DNA of 61,654 nucleotides, counting the filler, from Asterionella formosa (Eukaryota): NCBI GenBank assembly GCA_002256025.1. It is 13 parts of 13 records of this genome, joined end to end, with 100 filler letters (N's around TTAATTAATTAA, not from the genome) between each part and the next. Parts side by side here need not be neighbours in the genome. Positions count along the whole stretch, not along the records: positions 1 to 4,671 come from NKIB01013417.1; positions 4,772 to 9,435 come from NKIB01013418.1; positions 9,536 to 14,197 come from NKIB01013419.1; 10 more parts are not named here. The stretch is one strand, 5' to 3'. A model generated the notes under the pieces. The model was not told where the DNA came from, made no database searches, and saw only the letters and a list, made by a program, of their open reading frames with translations. Made by a program: the position numbers and the translations under genes. This document shows, one piece after another, positions 1 to 10,490 of the stretch; positions within the stretch are counted from its first letter, which is position 1; every line of letters begins with the position of its first letter.

Positions 1-1319
1 AGATGATGATAACAGCGAAATTACAAACATTCATGATCACTGCCTGTGTAAACGGTGCTACTTGATTGCTAGTGCACTAGCTGTCACTACGGGTATAATT
101 TTCTGTCCAACAACAAAATATGCCGGTACTACCTGGTACCCATGTACCAGGTATACTCCACATATGTACATAACATACCGATAATAATGTGTCGTAACTG
201 TACATGATATGGAGCTTGATATCTTCGTTCAGCCACTACATTAGATGATCAAAGAACAATGGTGGAAGGTTATTCTTATAAAAAGTCTTTAATCTCAATT
301 GTTTATCTTGATGTGACTGAATATTATATAAAACAGAATCATAGATGTCGTCATGAAATGGATGATTATGGCCACTTGATTTAAGTGTAGGACACATAAT
401 CTTTTGTCTACTCTCACTAAATGCTGCAGTTACACTGACATGCCTTCCGCTTTCCTTAAATGCTCTTGAGGATGTATTGCCTCCCCCACCCTAACCCGCC
501 TTCAAAGCTCTTGATGCATGCCTCCCATCTCCCTTCCACTCTGATTCCAAAATTCGTCTGACTACTTGCTGCAAATCCCATTTCCATTTGATCCAATTCT
601 AAATTTGCATGCGCTTTTCTGTTCCTGTTTTATCCATTTTAATTTCCTAATCATACTAACAATGAGAAAGATGTTTTGTTCATACCTCAACACTGCAGTC
701 CCATTTTATCATCCTTCATTTACCAGAAATCGATTAATTTTTGCATGATTCAGTAAAATAATGTGTCAGTTGATAATCACATAAGTACACATCAATATAC
801 CATTCAACCAAAGTCAAAAAGGGCAGAGAAAATCTTTCATTTCAGGAAAATGTGTTACCAGTATGCATAACAAGGAACCTCTAAACATGATTTCAAATGT
901 ATAGGCTATGTATACAGTTATAAAAATTTATAAATGTATAAATATATACAACTAATGTGTAAACTATCATCAATTAAGCTTATACATAATTCAAATAAAT
1001 ACAATGCATGAAGATATCATAGTTTTCCACAACCTGATGTACTGTTTTTTTAATTTTCATCACATCAATTCCTGTACCTACAAATAAGAAATTTAATTAA
1101 GCCCCTCAATTAGCAGGAGTCATACAACATTTTTCATTGGATACAAATAATAAAATATTTACTGGTAGATGAATCCCTTGAATTATTATTTATGAATTAA
1201 AGATCATACCTCAGTTGCACCACACTTGAAGTCCTAGAAATCATCCATCTACAGGTTGATTGATCCACCTGTTTCAGTGCAATGCAAATGAACAAGTTCC
1301 TTATGAATTCTGGTTCTTG

Positions 1320-3161
1320 TCATACACCCAAGTTTTTAAGTGCTGCACAACCATAGTGTTGCACATCAGCATTGAAGGGATGCTTCTCCATAGCGGAGCG
1401 AATTGTAATGATACCTCTTTGTTCAGCAACTGTCACCCGGTTTTTGTCATTTACTGCCAAGTTCCTAAGTGCTGCACAACCATAATGTTGCACATCAGCA
1501 TTGAAGGGATGCTTCTCCATTGCAGACAGAATTGTAGTGATACATCCTTGTTCGGCAATTGTCACCTGGTTGGTGTCTTTTACAGCCAAGTTCCTAAGTG
1601 CTGCACAACCTTAGTGTTGCACATCAGCATTGGAGGGATGCTTGTCCATAGCAGACAGAATTGTAGTGACACCTCCTCGTTCAGTAATTGTCACCTTGTT
1701 CTTGTCATTCGAAGCCAAGCTCCAAAGTGCTCCACAACCGAATTGTTGCACATCAGCATTGGAGGGATGCTTGTCCATAGCAGACAGAATTGTAGTGATA
1801 CCTCCTTGTTCAGCAATTGTCTCCTGGTTTTGGTCATTAACAGCCAAGTTCATAAGTGCTGCACAACCATAGTATTGTACATTAGCATCAAATGAAAAAG
1901 CATTCATGACAATAAAAATCATAGTGATACCTTCTTGTTCAGCAATAGCCACCTTGTTGTCATCATTATTAGCCAAGTTCGCAAGCTCAAAGAGACCATT
2001 TGCTTGCATGTCAGCATTTCGAATCTTTGAAAGAGATGCAGCAATCACTTGGGTATTCCTGGTTTTCCTTCGTTCATTATCGCAATTAGGGCAGCTCTTT
2101 TGCACAGTCTTCCAAAAAACAAAAAAAAGTCTCTTGAAAAGCTGAATATCTGGATGATAAGGACAGAGTCCATTCTTTTTGAGCTCAGCATGTGTTGGTT
2201 TGCGGTTCTTGTTTGCATCAATGAGTTTGTTTATATCATTTAGTAAATCGTCACCAATTGAATTACTCCAGAGATAAAGTTCAGTCAAGACAGTATTGAC
2301 CTTGAGAGCATCTGCAATGGCCTTGGTTCCATCAACACCAATTGAATTATTAAAGAGAGAAAGTGTAGTCAAGACAGTATTGACCTTGAGAGCCTTTGCA
2401 ATGGCCTTTGCTCCGTCATCACCAATTGAATTATGACTGAGATCAAGTGTAGTCAAGACAGTATTGACCTTGAGAGCCTCTGCAATGGCCTTGGCTCCGT
2501 CATCACCAATTGAATTATTTATGAGATAAAGTGTAGTCAAGACAGTATTGACCTTGAGAGCCTCTGCAATGGCCTTGGCTCCGTCATTTCCAATTGAATT
2601 CCAGCTAAGATCTAGTGTAGTCAAACTTGGATCATTCGCTTTCAACCTTTTGAGATCTTCTTCCCATTCAGGCATCGTTAATGTTGTTGAAGAAGAAGGA
2701 TGTGCTGCATTTGTTGTTGTTGTTGTTGTTTTTGATGATGTTGGCTGAGTTGTGTTGGCTGCTGTTGGTTTGCGGTTCTTGTTTGCATCAATGAGTTTGT
2801 TTATATAATTTAGTAAATCGTCACCAATTGAATTATTAGGGAGATCAAGTGTAGTCAAGACAGTATTGACCTTGAGAGCCTCTGCAATGGCCTTGGCTCC
2901 ATCAACACCAATTGAATTATTAGAGAGAGAAAGTGTAGTCAAGACAGTATTGTCCTTGAGAGCCTCTGCAATGGCCTTGGTTCCATCAACACCAATTGAA
3001 ATATTAAAGAGATAAAGTGTAGTCAAGACAGTATTGACCTTGAGAGCCTCTGCAATGGCCTTGGCTCCGTCAACACCAATTGAATTCTCATAGAGACAAA
3101 GTGAAGTCAAACTTGGATCATTCGCTTTCAACCGTTTGACATCTGCTTCCCATCTAGGCAT
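1320..3161 (-). pseudogene. RNI/NLRC3-like LRR + C-x2-H/C-x2-C motif + armadillo-repeat protein, interrupted by one in-frame TAA at 1611-1613
   Basis: ATG at 3161. Two capped LRR modules of 28-aa (84-bp) repeats (NSIGxDGAKAIAEALKVNTVLTTLxLxx), followed by about five 42-aa (126-bp) ARM repeats (ADVQHYGCAALxNLA). ORF 1320-1589 is in frame with 1611-3167. The stop reads CAC TAA GGT where sister repeats have TAT. It may be a truncated functional allele or a base-call error. Confidence 0.85.
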
Positions 3162-3981
3162 TGTCAATGTCGTCGTCTTGAATGTAAAGGAAGTTGTTTA
3201 TTGTGATTGACTAGCGACTTTTTTCTTGTTCGAGTGAAAAGTGTTTTCTGTGTTCAAACTCCTTTTCTCGTGCTGCCAAAATAGTTTCTCTACCACTTGT
3301 CGTAGAATTCTACGATGCAACTCATTCCTCCCACATGATAGATGGAAGATGCCGGAAATTTTGTCGATCCTAATGAATCGGTACCAATATGTAGTACATA
3401 TAGCTACATATGATGCATGATGATGATCGTATGTATACGATTACCGGTAGTAGGGGAATGATGAAAGAAAGGGCTTATATGTACCTTTGGGCATTTGTAA
3501 AAATATGATTCATTTGCTTGACACATCGTAGTATCTAGCCGAAAACTAATTTCTATACGAACTGATGTCGTTGAGTTCTACATGAATTCATGACCATGAT
3601 GATGCCGGAACTTTTGTCCATCATAAAATATGTTTGTATATATGCCCTGTATTGTATATACAACATACATAGAAGTAATAAATGCCGGTATGGAGTTGAA
3701 ATATAAACTTATACAGGACATTTTGAGAAATTACGAGCTATTAATTATAGGTACACCGGTGTCAGTACAACCGGTACATTTATTGGAAAAATACCGGTGT
3801 TACTCCACCTGGTATGTAAAAATCGTTATATAGGAGAAGGTTGAAGTTTAGTCCAATGTATGTATGATACCAGTATTTAACATAGATTAATGACCCCGAG
3901 GGTCATTTTAGATTACCCGATTCCGGAAATGATATAGTAGAATGAGAAACATAAAGAATTGAAATGAAATGCAATATTCCC

Positions 3982-4091
3982 TGGCTCCGTAAGCACCAAT
4001 TGAATTACTATCGAGATAAAGTGTAGTCAAGACAGTATTGTCCTTGAGAGCCTCTGCAATGGCCTTGGCTCCGTCATCACCAATTGAATTA
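3982..4091 (-). repeat. Isolated LRR cassette (about 1.3 repeats) homologous to the LRR units of the 1320-3161 gene
   Basis: Encodes NSIGDDGAKAIAEALKDNTVLTTLYLDSNSIGAYGA. The framework DNA is nearly identical to the units at 2255-3090, with the same 84-bp period (caattgaatt at 3997 and 4081). The flanks are unrelated to the gene. Confidence 0.9.
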
Positions 4092-4671
4092 CGATTGATG
4101 ACATTGAAAATCAATTTCAACAGCTGCGAGAGAAATTGGCAGCAAATCCAAATGTATTGCAGCTTGTAGATGGCGGAGACGATCATGAGGTACCAGCGGA
4201 GAAATTCAGTGGACTGTGTTTTGTCTGAAAAATAAGTTCCATGCTGCAGACACCATTGTACAAAGTATGCTACTACAGTAACAAAGGCCTGTAGTGAACA
4301 CAATATCTTCATTTACAAGCACAGCAAATGTATTCAGTGTTGACGATATAGTGACATTAAAGCTAACAAACAAATGTATAGAACGATATAATGTGCTCAG
4401 TTTCTTCATTTCGCCTTATAGTCATCTATCAGTGCAGACATTGCACAAGAATTGATAGTGGCTGCAACAACTAAGATTGTATTGCAGGTGGATTGTGAGC
4501 AAGAAGACATGATCACAACAAAACTGGAAGCAGACAAGGATTCATGATACCTTTAGGATGATTGATGTGTATATGTATATGCATGATACCGACATCTTTT
4601 TTGGTAAGAGCAAGCCATTTCGGGTATGAGCAAGCAAGTCTTGAAATATTCCGGGAAATTCTTTATAGTCA

Positions 4672-4771
4672 NNNNNNNNNNNNNNNNNNNNNNNNNNNNN
4701 NNNNNNNNNNNNNNNTTAATTAATTAANNNNNNNNNNNNNNNNNNNNNNNNNNNNNNNNNNNNNNNNNNNN
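4672..4771. other. Artificial contig spacer N44-TTAATTAATTAA-N44 (first of 12)
   Basis: The same 100-bp spacer, with stops in all six frames, recurs at about 9436, 14198, 18955, 23710, 28459, 33205, 37950, 42695, 47436, 52180 and 56921. The intervening pieces fall steadily from about 4.67 to 4.63 kb, as expected for length-sorted contigs. Confidence 0.98.
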
Positions 4772-4839
4772 CACTCAAACTGTTGTATTAGCTGCACATC
4801 TGTACAGGAGAGGACATTGGATAAATCGCTGCCGTTGGA

Positions 4840-7329
4840 ATGGACTCCTTCTTGCTAGTCCTTGACGCAGTCGTAGAACGATGGCAGGACACACGCAATG
4901 TGGTGTCATCGTGGCTCTCATTGGAATGGCTGGTTATTAACCCCGAATGGTTTCGATGGCGATCTCACTATCTACCTATCTTACTGGTCATTATCCTGTT
5001 TTGGCCAATTGTCCTGACAAGCATTTTGGCCCTCACAGCTGCGTCGACTTGGCTGTTCTGGCTGGTGACATCGGTCTTATTTGGAATCATTCAACTCATC
5101 TACGTCATGTACCAATTCATCATGATTTCTGTAGATATCATGGGGCTGTCGACCCTCAAAACATATTCCATGCTTCGATCGCAAATCCTCTATTACCTTG
5201 GAAAATCGGGGCTCAAGGAGCGCAAATCACGGCGCCGTGTCTGGAGGAGAAAGTTGGATCAAGCAGGGACCTACGAGAACTTTCTGAAAATAGCCATTGA
5301 ACCTAAGCATCCTTCCGAGACAAAGAGACGGTCGTCGTTCACCTTTTCGGCTCCAGCATCCCCTCCGACCGCGTTGCCACGGAACAATGCCTTGGCCTCG
5401 TCGCCTACACGAGGCATTCCCCGGTGCAACTCTTTCGTGAACCAGCAAGTCAACACCCATCTCGAATCAATTAAAATGTCCAGAAATAAATCCTTTGGAG
5501 GAAGAGACTTTGAAGAATGGGACGCCGGCTTTGCTGACTCTATCGATCCATTGAGAGAGGAATTGGGAATGACAGCCGAAATGCTAATGACAACTACTGC
5601 ACGATTGAGAGAAGCAAGGCAGCAAGCAACCATGGAAGGGACGGATGACACATCGTCATCGCTAAAATACCTCTTGTCTGGTGTTGTCAAACGCAATCAC
5701 TTGACAGTGGACGATATTCTGATTGAAAATGGACGGTCAATAGCCGAATTGGGTCAATACGGTCTTTCCCAAGAGTCGAGAAATTTGATACGAGGTTATT
5801 TGGAAGAAGTTCAAAAGTGCCTGGATTGGATCACCGACTCGCCGGCAGATCACTTCTATGACACCGCTTCGAAGACGGATCCCACTTCGGACGCCTCCTA
5901 CCACCGCCAGTCCGAACTATCTGAAAGAATTACGTTGGTTCGAAAAATGAAGCAAAATATGGGGCGGACCGCACTCATGCTATCGGGTGGAGGTGCACAA
6001 GCCATGTATCACTTGGGAACGATCAGAGCATTGATTGAATCAAAGATTTATGACGACATCAAAGTGATTTCGGGAACGTCGGGAGGTTCCATCACGGCTG
6101 CTATGTGTGCTGTTAAAACCTCTGACGAGTTGTACAAGAATGTTTGTATCAGCACAGTCAGTACAGATTTTATGCTGGATGGGACAATGAAAAAGGGCAA
6201 TATTCGGTGGTTTCCCTCCTTGACAGAGATGGGAGCGTATTGGTTGAAGAATAAGCTATTGGTTGATTCGGCGGACTTCAAGCAGTGCTGTGATTACTAC
6301 TTCGGGAATATGACATTCGAAGAAGCATTTTTGCGCACTGGAAAACATGTATGTATTACTGTGTCAGCAAGTCGAGCTTCGGGAGGCACAGCCCAGCGAT
6401 TACTGTTGAATCATATTTCCACGCCACATGTAACAGTAAGTAGTGCTGTGGCCGCCAGTTGCGCATTGCCTGGCGTTATGGCCCCTGCCAAACTATTTAC
6501 CAAGGATAATTTTGGAAACCAGGAGACTTTTGAAGTTGATGGGGTTGAGTGGATTGATGGAAGTGTTCAAGCGGACTTGCCCTTTGAACGTATTTCTACC
6601 CTGTTCAATGTTTCAAACTATGTGGTCTGTCAGACGAATTTTCATGTCCTACCCTTTCTAAATAAAGCTCACCATCCAAACCAGCAAAGCACCTATTGGC
6701 GAATCTTTCAGACTCTAGAATGGGATATGCGAAATCGAGCGTTGAATCTCAGTCGACTTGGGCTGTTCCCGAGAATCTTTGGTCAAGATATTTCAAAAGT
6801 CTTCAAACAAAAATATCACGGAAACCTGACTCTTGTGCCGCGTTTTACTGCAATGCAAACTTTTGGACTGAAGGCATTGGCGAATCCCTCTGTCAAGGAT
6901 ATGGAAGGATATCTTAAGTATGGCCAAATGGCCGCTTGGCCGTACCTTAACGTTATTCAAGACATGATACGACTTGAGCGATCGTTGGACGATTGTATTG
7001 CCAGGTTGGAGGAACGTTGTCGCCAACTTAATCCAGACCAGTCTGACTGGTCTTTCAATGGCGATGACATCGAGTCGATTGCATCGAGCTCGTTTCCTTC
7101 GTCCAGTATTGCCCGAGGAGTCCGTTTTGTTGGGAAATCGGATCGTGAAGCGGAGCGACTAAAACACAAGGTAATTAGCCTGGAACGAGAAAACGACAAG
7201 CTAAAGCAACAACTCGAGATGATGGAACGTAAAATCAAAGTCGACGATTCCGGAAATGAATCAAAAGAGAATATTTCCCCAATTGAGGAACGACAGGTTT
7301 GGAGCCACTTGCGACGGCAGCGGCGATGA
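4840..7329 (+). CDS. Patatin-like phospholipase / triacylglycerol lipase (SDP1/TGL3-4-like)
   Basis: 829-aa ORF. GRTALMLSGGGAQAMYHLG oxyanion region, ISGTSGGS (GxSxG) nucleophile, SAVAASCALPG, WIDGS catalytic Asp, N-terminal hydrophobic helices and a C-terminal coiled coil. Confidence 0.92.
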   Translation: MDSFLLVLDAVVERWQDTRNVVSSWLSLEWLVINPEWFRWRSHYLPILLVIILFWPIVLTSILALTAASTWLFWLVTSVLFGIIQLIYVMYQFIMISVDIMGLSTLKTYSMLRSQILYYLGKSGLKERKSRRRVWRRKLDQAGTYENFLKIAIEPKHPSETKRRSSFTFSAPASPPTALPRNNALASSPTRGIPRCNSFVNQQVNTHLESIKMSRNKSFGGRDFEEWDAGFADSIDPLREELGMTAEMLMTTTARLREARQQATMEGTDDTSSSLKYLLSGVVKRNHLTVDDILIENGRSIAELGQYGLSQESRNLIRGYLEEVQKCLDWITDSPADHFYDTASKTDPTSDASYHRQSELSERITLVRKMKQNMGRTALMLSGGGAQAMYHLGTIRALIESKIYDDIKVISGTSGGSITAAMCAVKTSDELYKNVCISTVSTDFMLDGTMKKGNIRWFPSLTEMGAYWLKNKLLVDSADFKQCCDYYFGNMTFEEAFLRTGKHVCITVSASRASGGTAQRLLLNHISTPHVTVSSAVAASCALPGVMAPAKLFTKDNFGNQETFEVDGVEWIDGSVQADLPFERISTLFNVSNYVVCQTNFHVLPFLNKAHHPNQQSTYWRIFQTLEWDMRNRALNLSRLGLFPRIFGQDISKVFKQKYHGNLTLVPRFTAMQTFGLKALANPSVKDMEGYLKYGQMAAWPYLNVIQDMIRLERSLDDCIARLEERCRQLNPDQSDWSFNGDDIESIASSSFPSSSIARGVRFVGKSDREAERLKHKVISLERENDKLKQQLEMMERKIKVDDSGNESKENISPIEERQVWSHLRRQRR

Positions 7330-7457
7330 GCGCCAAGGAATTAATGTGATTTTGTTTTGTCCAAGTTTGCGAACGCTGTTTTAAATATAATGTAGTTACT
7401 ACTTAGGGCAACACGAGATGAAATACCCGAGAGTCTAGTATGCAAGTGAAAACATCA

Positions 7458-8942
7458 TTAGGCCGAGTCCATCTCAAGCTTGTAACCTCCATGATTCTCG
7501 TCAACGACAAAATCTTTCCGTCCACGAGTAATATCTAAATGGCTGAAAATCTTATTTGGAATCAGGCCAGATTTCAAGTCGGCAACAAATGCGCTTGGGT
7601 CCATGACCGTTCGAGCATTCTCAATACTTTTGTCCACTCGTTCTCGGTAGACACTTCTTGCATTCATTGCAGCAGAAATGATTTTGTCTCCTCCAACTCC
7701 CCATACCTCTAGGTGCTTAGTGCGGAAGGTTTCCATTGCCTCCTTCGGAAGCAAGTCACCTGACTCGTAAGTCCCGTCAAAGAAGTCAGCAGAACATACC
7801 TCCAATGATTCAGGAAGGAATAACCGTGGCTTGGCGATCGAGCCCCCAAAACCCAGACCTAAAGGAGCTGTTTCATATCCGAAGGAGCTTCCAGCCTTGG
7901 AAGATCCATGGCAGTACATGAAATGATCGCCCTTTCCAGTTGCGTGAAACACGCGGAGAACCGGTTGAAGTTGGAAGACAAAGTTCTCCGAAGTGCCATA
8001 AAAATGATCTGTATCTTTCCAAGGTTGCGAGGCAAAGGCGCCCAGAACAACATCGCACTCAGTTTGGATTAGCAGTAGTGTGGGGCCCTCGTATCCAAGT
8101 AGGTTCCATTCCAGTCGATTGAAGGACGATCCATCCGTGACAGATGAATAGAGCCGGTGCATTTTGCCACCAACATTGACTGACATAGCTGACAAGGGAA
8201 AGAGCAAATGGGATTCTTTGCCACTAACGATATCGGAGATGTCGTCCATAATCGGCGGAATGTAGGGGAGTCTCGATTCTGGAAAGGGCCGTCCATGAAA
8301 GAGTAGGTTGTGGACAAAGGATGACAGAGTCGAAGACAACATAGGAGCAGTTCGCTCGGCCCATGCAATAAACTCCTTCTTAGTAATCTCAACGCCTAGG
8401 CTAGACTCCTTCAAGGATCGGACAAGGGACATAATGGCTTCTTCCATGACGGCAAGCTTTCTTTGAAGATTCTTCTCATCCATTGCAGGCTCTACCAAGA
8501 TCCCTGACGCTAGAGCAAGCTGGTAACAGAGCCCAACTATCGCTTCAGCATCATGATCTGGGAGCACATCGTACAGTACGCGCAGTGTTTCCTTGGGACC
8601 TCTACGCCCTGTGTCAGCCACTCCTTCGAGAAATCGCTCCAGTTGAATGTTTTGCTCCTCGTTTGCGTAGCTGACAAATGCGTCCGCAGAAATCGCAGCT
8701 CTGAACTCATTTGCAAAGCCCAAGGGCAAAACAAAGTCCTCGACATAATTGACTCGTTTCTTCATTTCATCACCTGGTAGAAAGAAGTAAGCAAACGGTG
8801 AACAAAGAGCCATTTTCATAAGGAAGCCGTCTTTGTTGCTTTCATCGCTCATTGCTTCGTGGCAACGGACGAGAATCTCCATTTCTTCTATGGAAAAGGG
8901 ATACCGATTGCACAGCTTCTTGAGATATGCTTCGGATGTCAT
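7458..8942 (-). CDS. TLDc-domain protein (MEAK7/TLDC1/Rtc5-like)
   Basis: 494-aa ORF with TLDc motifs: RLYSSVTDGSSFNRL, GYEGPTLLLI, VLGAFASQPW, FYGTSENFVFQLQP, GLGFGG, LEVWGVGG. Confidence 0.9.
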   Translation of the reverse strand: MTSEAYLKKLCNRYPFSIEEMEILVRCHEAMSDESNKDGFLMKMALCSPFAYFFLPGDEMKKRVNYVEDFVLPLGFANEFRAAISADAFVSYANEEQNIQLERFLEGVADTGRRGPKETLRVLYDVLPDHDAEAIVGLCYQLALASGILVEPAMDEKNLQRKLAVMEEAIMSLVRSLKESSLGVEITKKEFIAWAERTAPMLSSTLSSFVHNLLFHGRPFPESRLPYIPPIMDDISDIVSGKESHLLFPLSAMSVNVGGKMHRLYSSVTDGSSFNRLEWNLLGYEGPTLLLIQTECDVVLGAFASQPWKDTDHFYGTSENFVFQLQPVLRVFHATGKGDHFMYCHGSSKAGSSFGYETAPLGLGFGGSIAKPRLFLPESLEVCSADFFDGTYESGDLLPKEAMETFRTKHLEVWGVGGDKIISAAMNARSVYRERVDKSIENARTVMDPSAFVADLKSGLIPNKIFSHLDITRGRKDFVVDENHGGYKLEMDSA

Positions 8943-9889
8943 CTGTTTGGTTTGTTGAAATAGTTTGGTAGCTTTCTGATGTTTTGGATTAATAATTTAT
9001 GACTATGATTGATTGTTGAGAACACTCTGATTGGGAACTCGAAAAGTTTCGGTACTTTCGTCATGATTTCTGAATACTTCTTGTCGGACGATACCACTTG
9101 ACAACCCTTGACATCATCATAATATGTACTTGCTTTCTGTTTGTTTTGGTCGCCTGCTCATGCCACACTAGGTACTACGCACAGATCTGTGTCACACTCC
9201 TTGGCAGTTTTGAGTCGTGTTCCCGACGAGAACTCTGATCACAAGAATGAATCACAACTTGGTTTGGAGAATATTGAGGTCAAGGGGTATAAATACCATG
9301 GGAAGCAAAGAATTCTGTATCGTGTTCTTATCGTGGGTTTTGAGATGCTGCAAGCAAGCTGGCAGAATGATTTACAGTACGACATCATATTTATCGTACC
9401 AGGAAGTCTTATAAAAAGGATACCGGTACGACTTANNNNNNNNNNNNNNNNNNNNNNNNNNNNNNNNNNNNNNNNNNNNTTAATTAATTAANNNNNNNNN
9501 NNNNNNNNNNNNNNNNNNNNNNNNNNNNNNNNNNNTCAATCTTATAAGTTTGTTTAACTATTTGATATCTCATCAGGCATCCAGGTTATTCAAAGCAGCA
9601 ACCTGATGGAGTGAATTCAATACAAATGAATAGTAGCTATGGTGGCAAGAATTCCATTATGCGCTCCGCCATCATTGAACAGTGATCTGACTTTTTTCCT
9701 TGGAAGCTCATACTTCAGGTGAGCGACGGTGGATAACGACTTCAGGTGAGCGACATTCATGCCGGCATGATTGTTCTCCATTCTTAGTGGTTAAAAAGCA
9801 CTACCTTGAACTCGATCGGAATTGATTGATGACCTTGAACCAAGAGGAGCTAACACCAAAGGTAAAATCAAGAGCGACCTTGCTTCGGA

Positions 9890-10490
9890 AACATGATTTT
9901 CCAGGCAGTATGAAATTGAAACTACAAGAGAAGTAATAAAAATCAAGAAAGGCTGGTGGGAAGGCAAGGCAAAAGGGCGAATGCAAGTCTTGTGGGAAAG
10001 TGGGCGAGTTGATTGATGGCAAAAAATACCTTAATACACTCTAACTAGGCGGCAAGATGCATATGACATTGTCAACCTTGATTCAAGTTGAGACACATCA
10101 TGTCAAGAACATGAACTGTCTCCTTGAAAGAGAAAGGAATTATGAACACAATAGGACCAAGCTTGGAGATGAGGTCATCTTGATACGTGTGCCTGTGCCA
10201 AATGGGCCAAAATCTGTCACTGAAGAAGAAAAAAGGGACGAGCAATGGATTTCATGGCTAGTGCTAGATTCAGACTATCAGAGGAAAGGAATGTCGACTT
10301 CGAGATTAAGAATAATTTTCACGATGAGCTCGTCAGTTCATATTGGCTTACCATCATGTCATGCTATTGACTCTGGCCAATTCAAGCAAGCGCCACAGCA
10401 GCAGTGATCTCAACATGGTCCATTGGCAATCGAAGGCATTGTGAAGAACATGAAAACTGAGGTGCATCGAAATACCTTGGACTTCGATTA
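9890..10490 (+). mobile_element. Decayed IS630/Tc1-like DDE transposase remnant
   Basis: Broken frames give GWWEGKAKGRMQVLWESGRVD (the GWxGKPKGxxQVLWERG motif of this transposase family), TKLGDEVIL, RARQFILAYH and VKNMKTEVHRNTLDFD. Multiple stops and frameshifts. Confidence 0.6.

Noticed and set aside
1611..1613. Stop-codon reassignment suggested by in-frame TAA (1611), TGA (36716) and TAG (51766)
   Set aside because: Three different codons are involved, and intact genes end normally in TGA (7329), TAA (7458) and TAG (20988) with no internal stops.
1260..1895. 211-aa Cys-rich plus-strand ORF, and 16294-16854 on the minus strand
   Set aside because: These are antisense shadows of the repetitive ARM and Lys-rich coding sequences.
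3982..4091. Diversity-generating retroelement TR/VR pair
   Set aside because: Differences between the cassette and the gene repeats are not confined to adenines, and the only RTs in the window are gypsy-type on other contigs.
4716..4727. Regularly spaced TTAATTAATTAA every ~4.75 kb, and ORFs containing X runs or ending in LIN
   Set aside because: These are artificial concatenation linkers. No cross-contig gene cluster (for example methyltransferase + sulfotransferase + glycosyltransferase) can be inferred.
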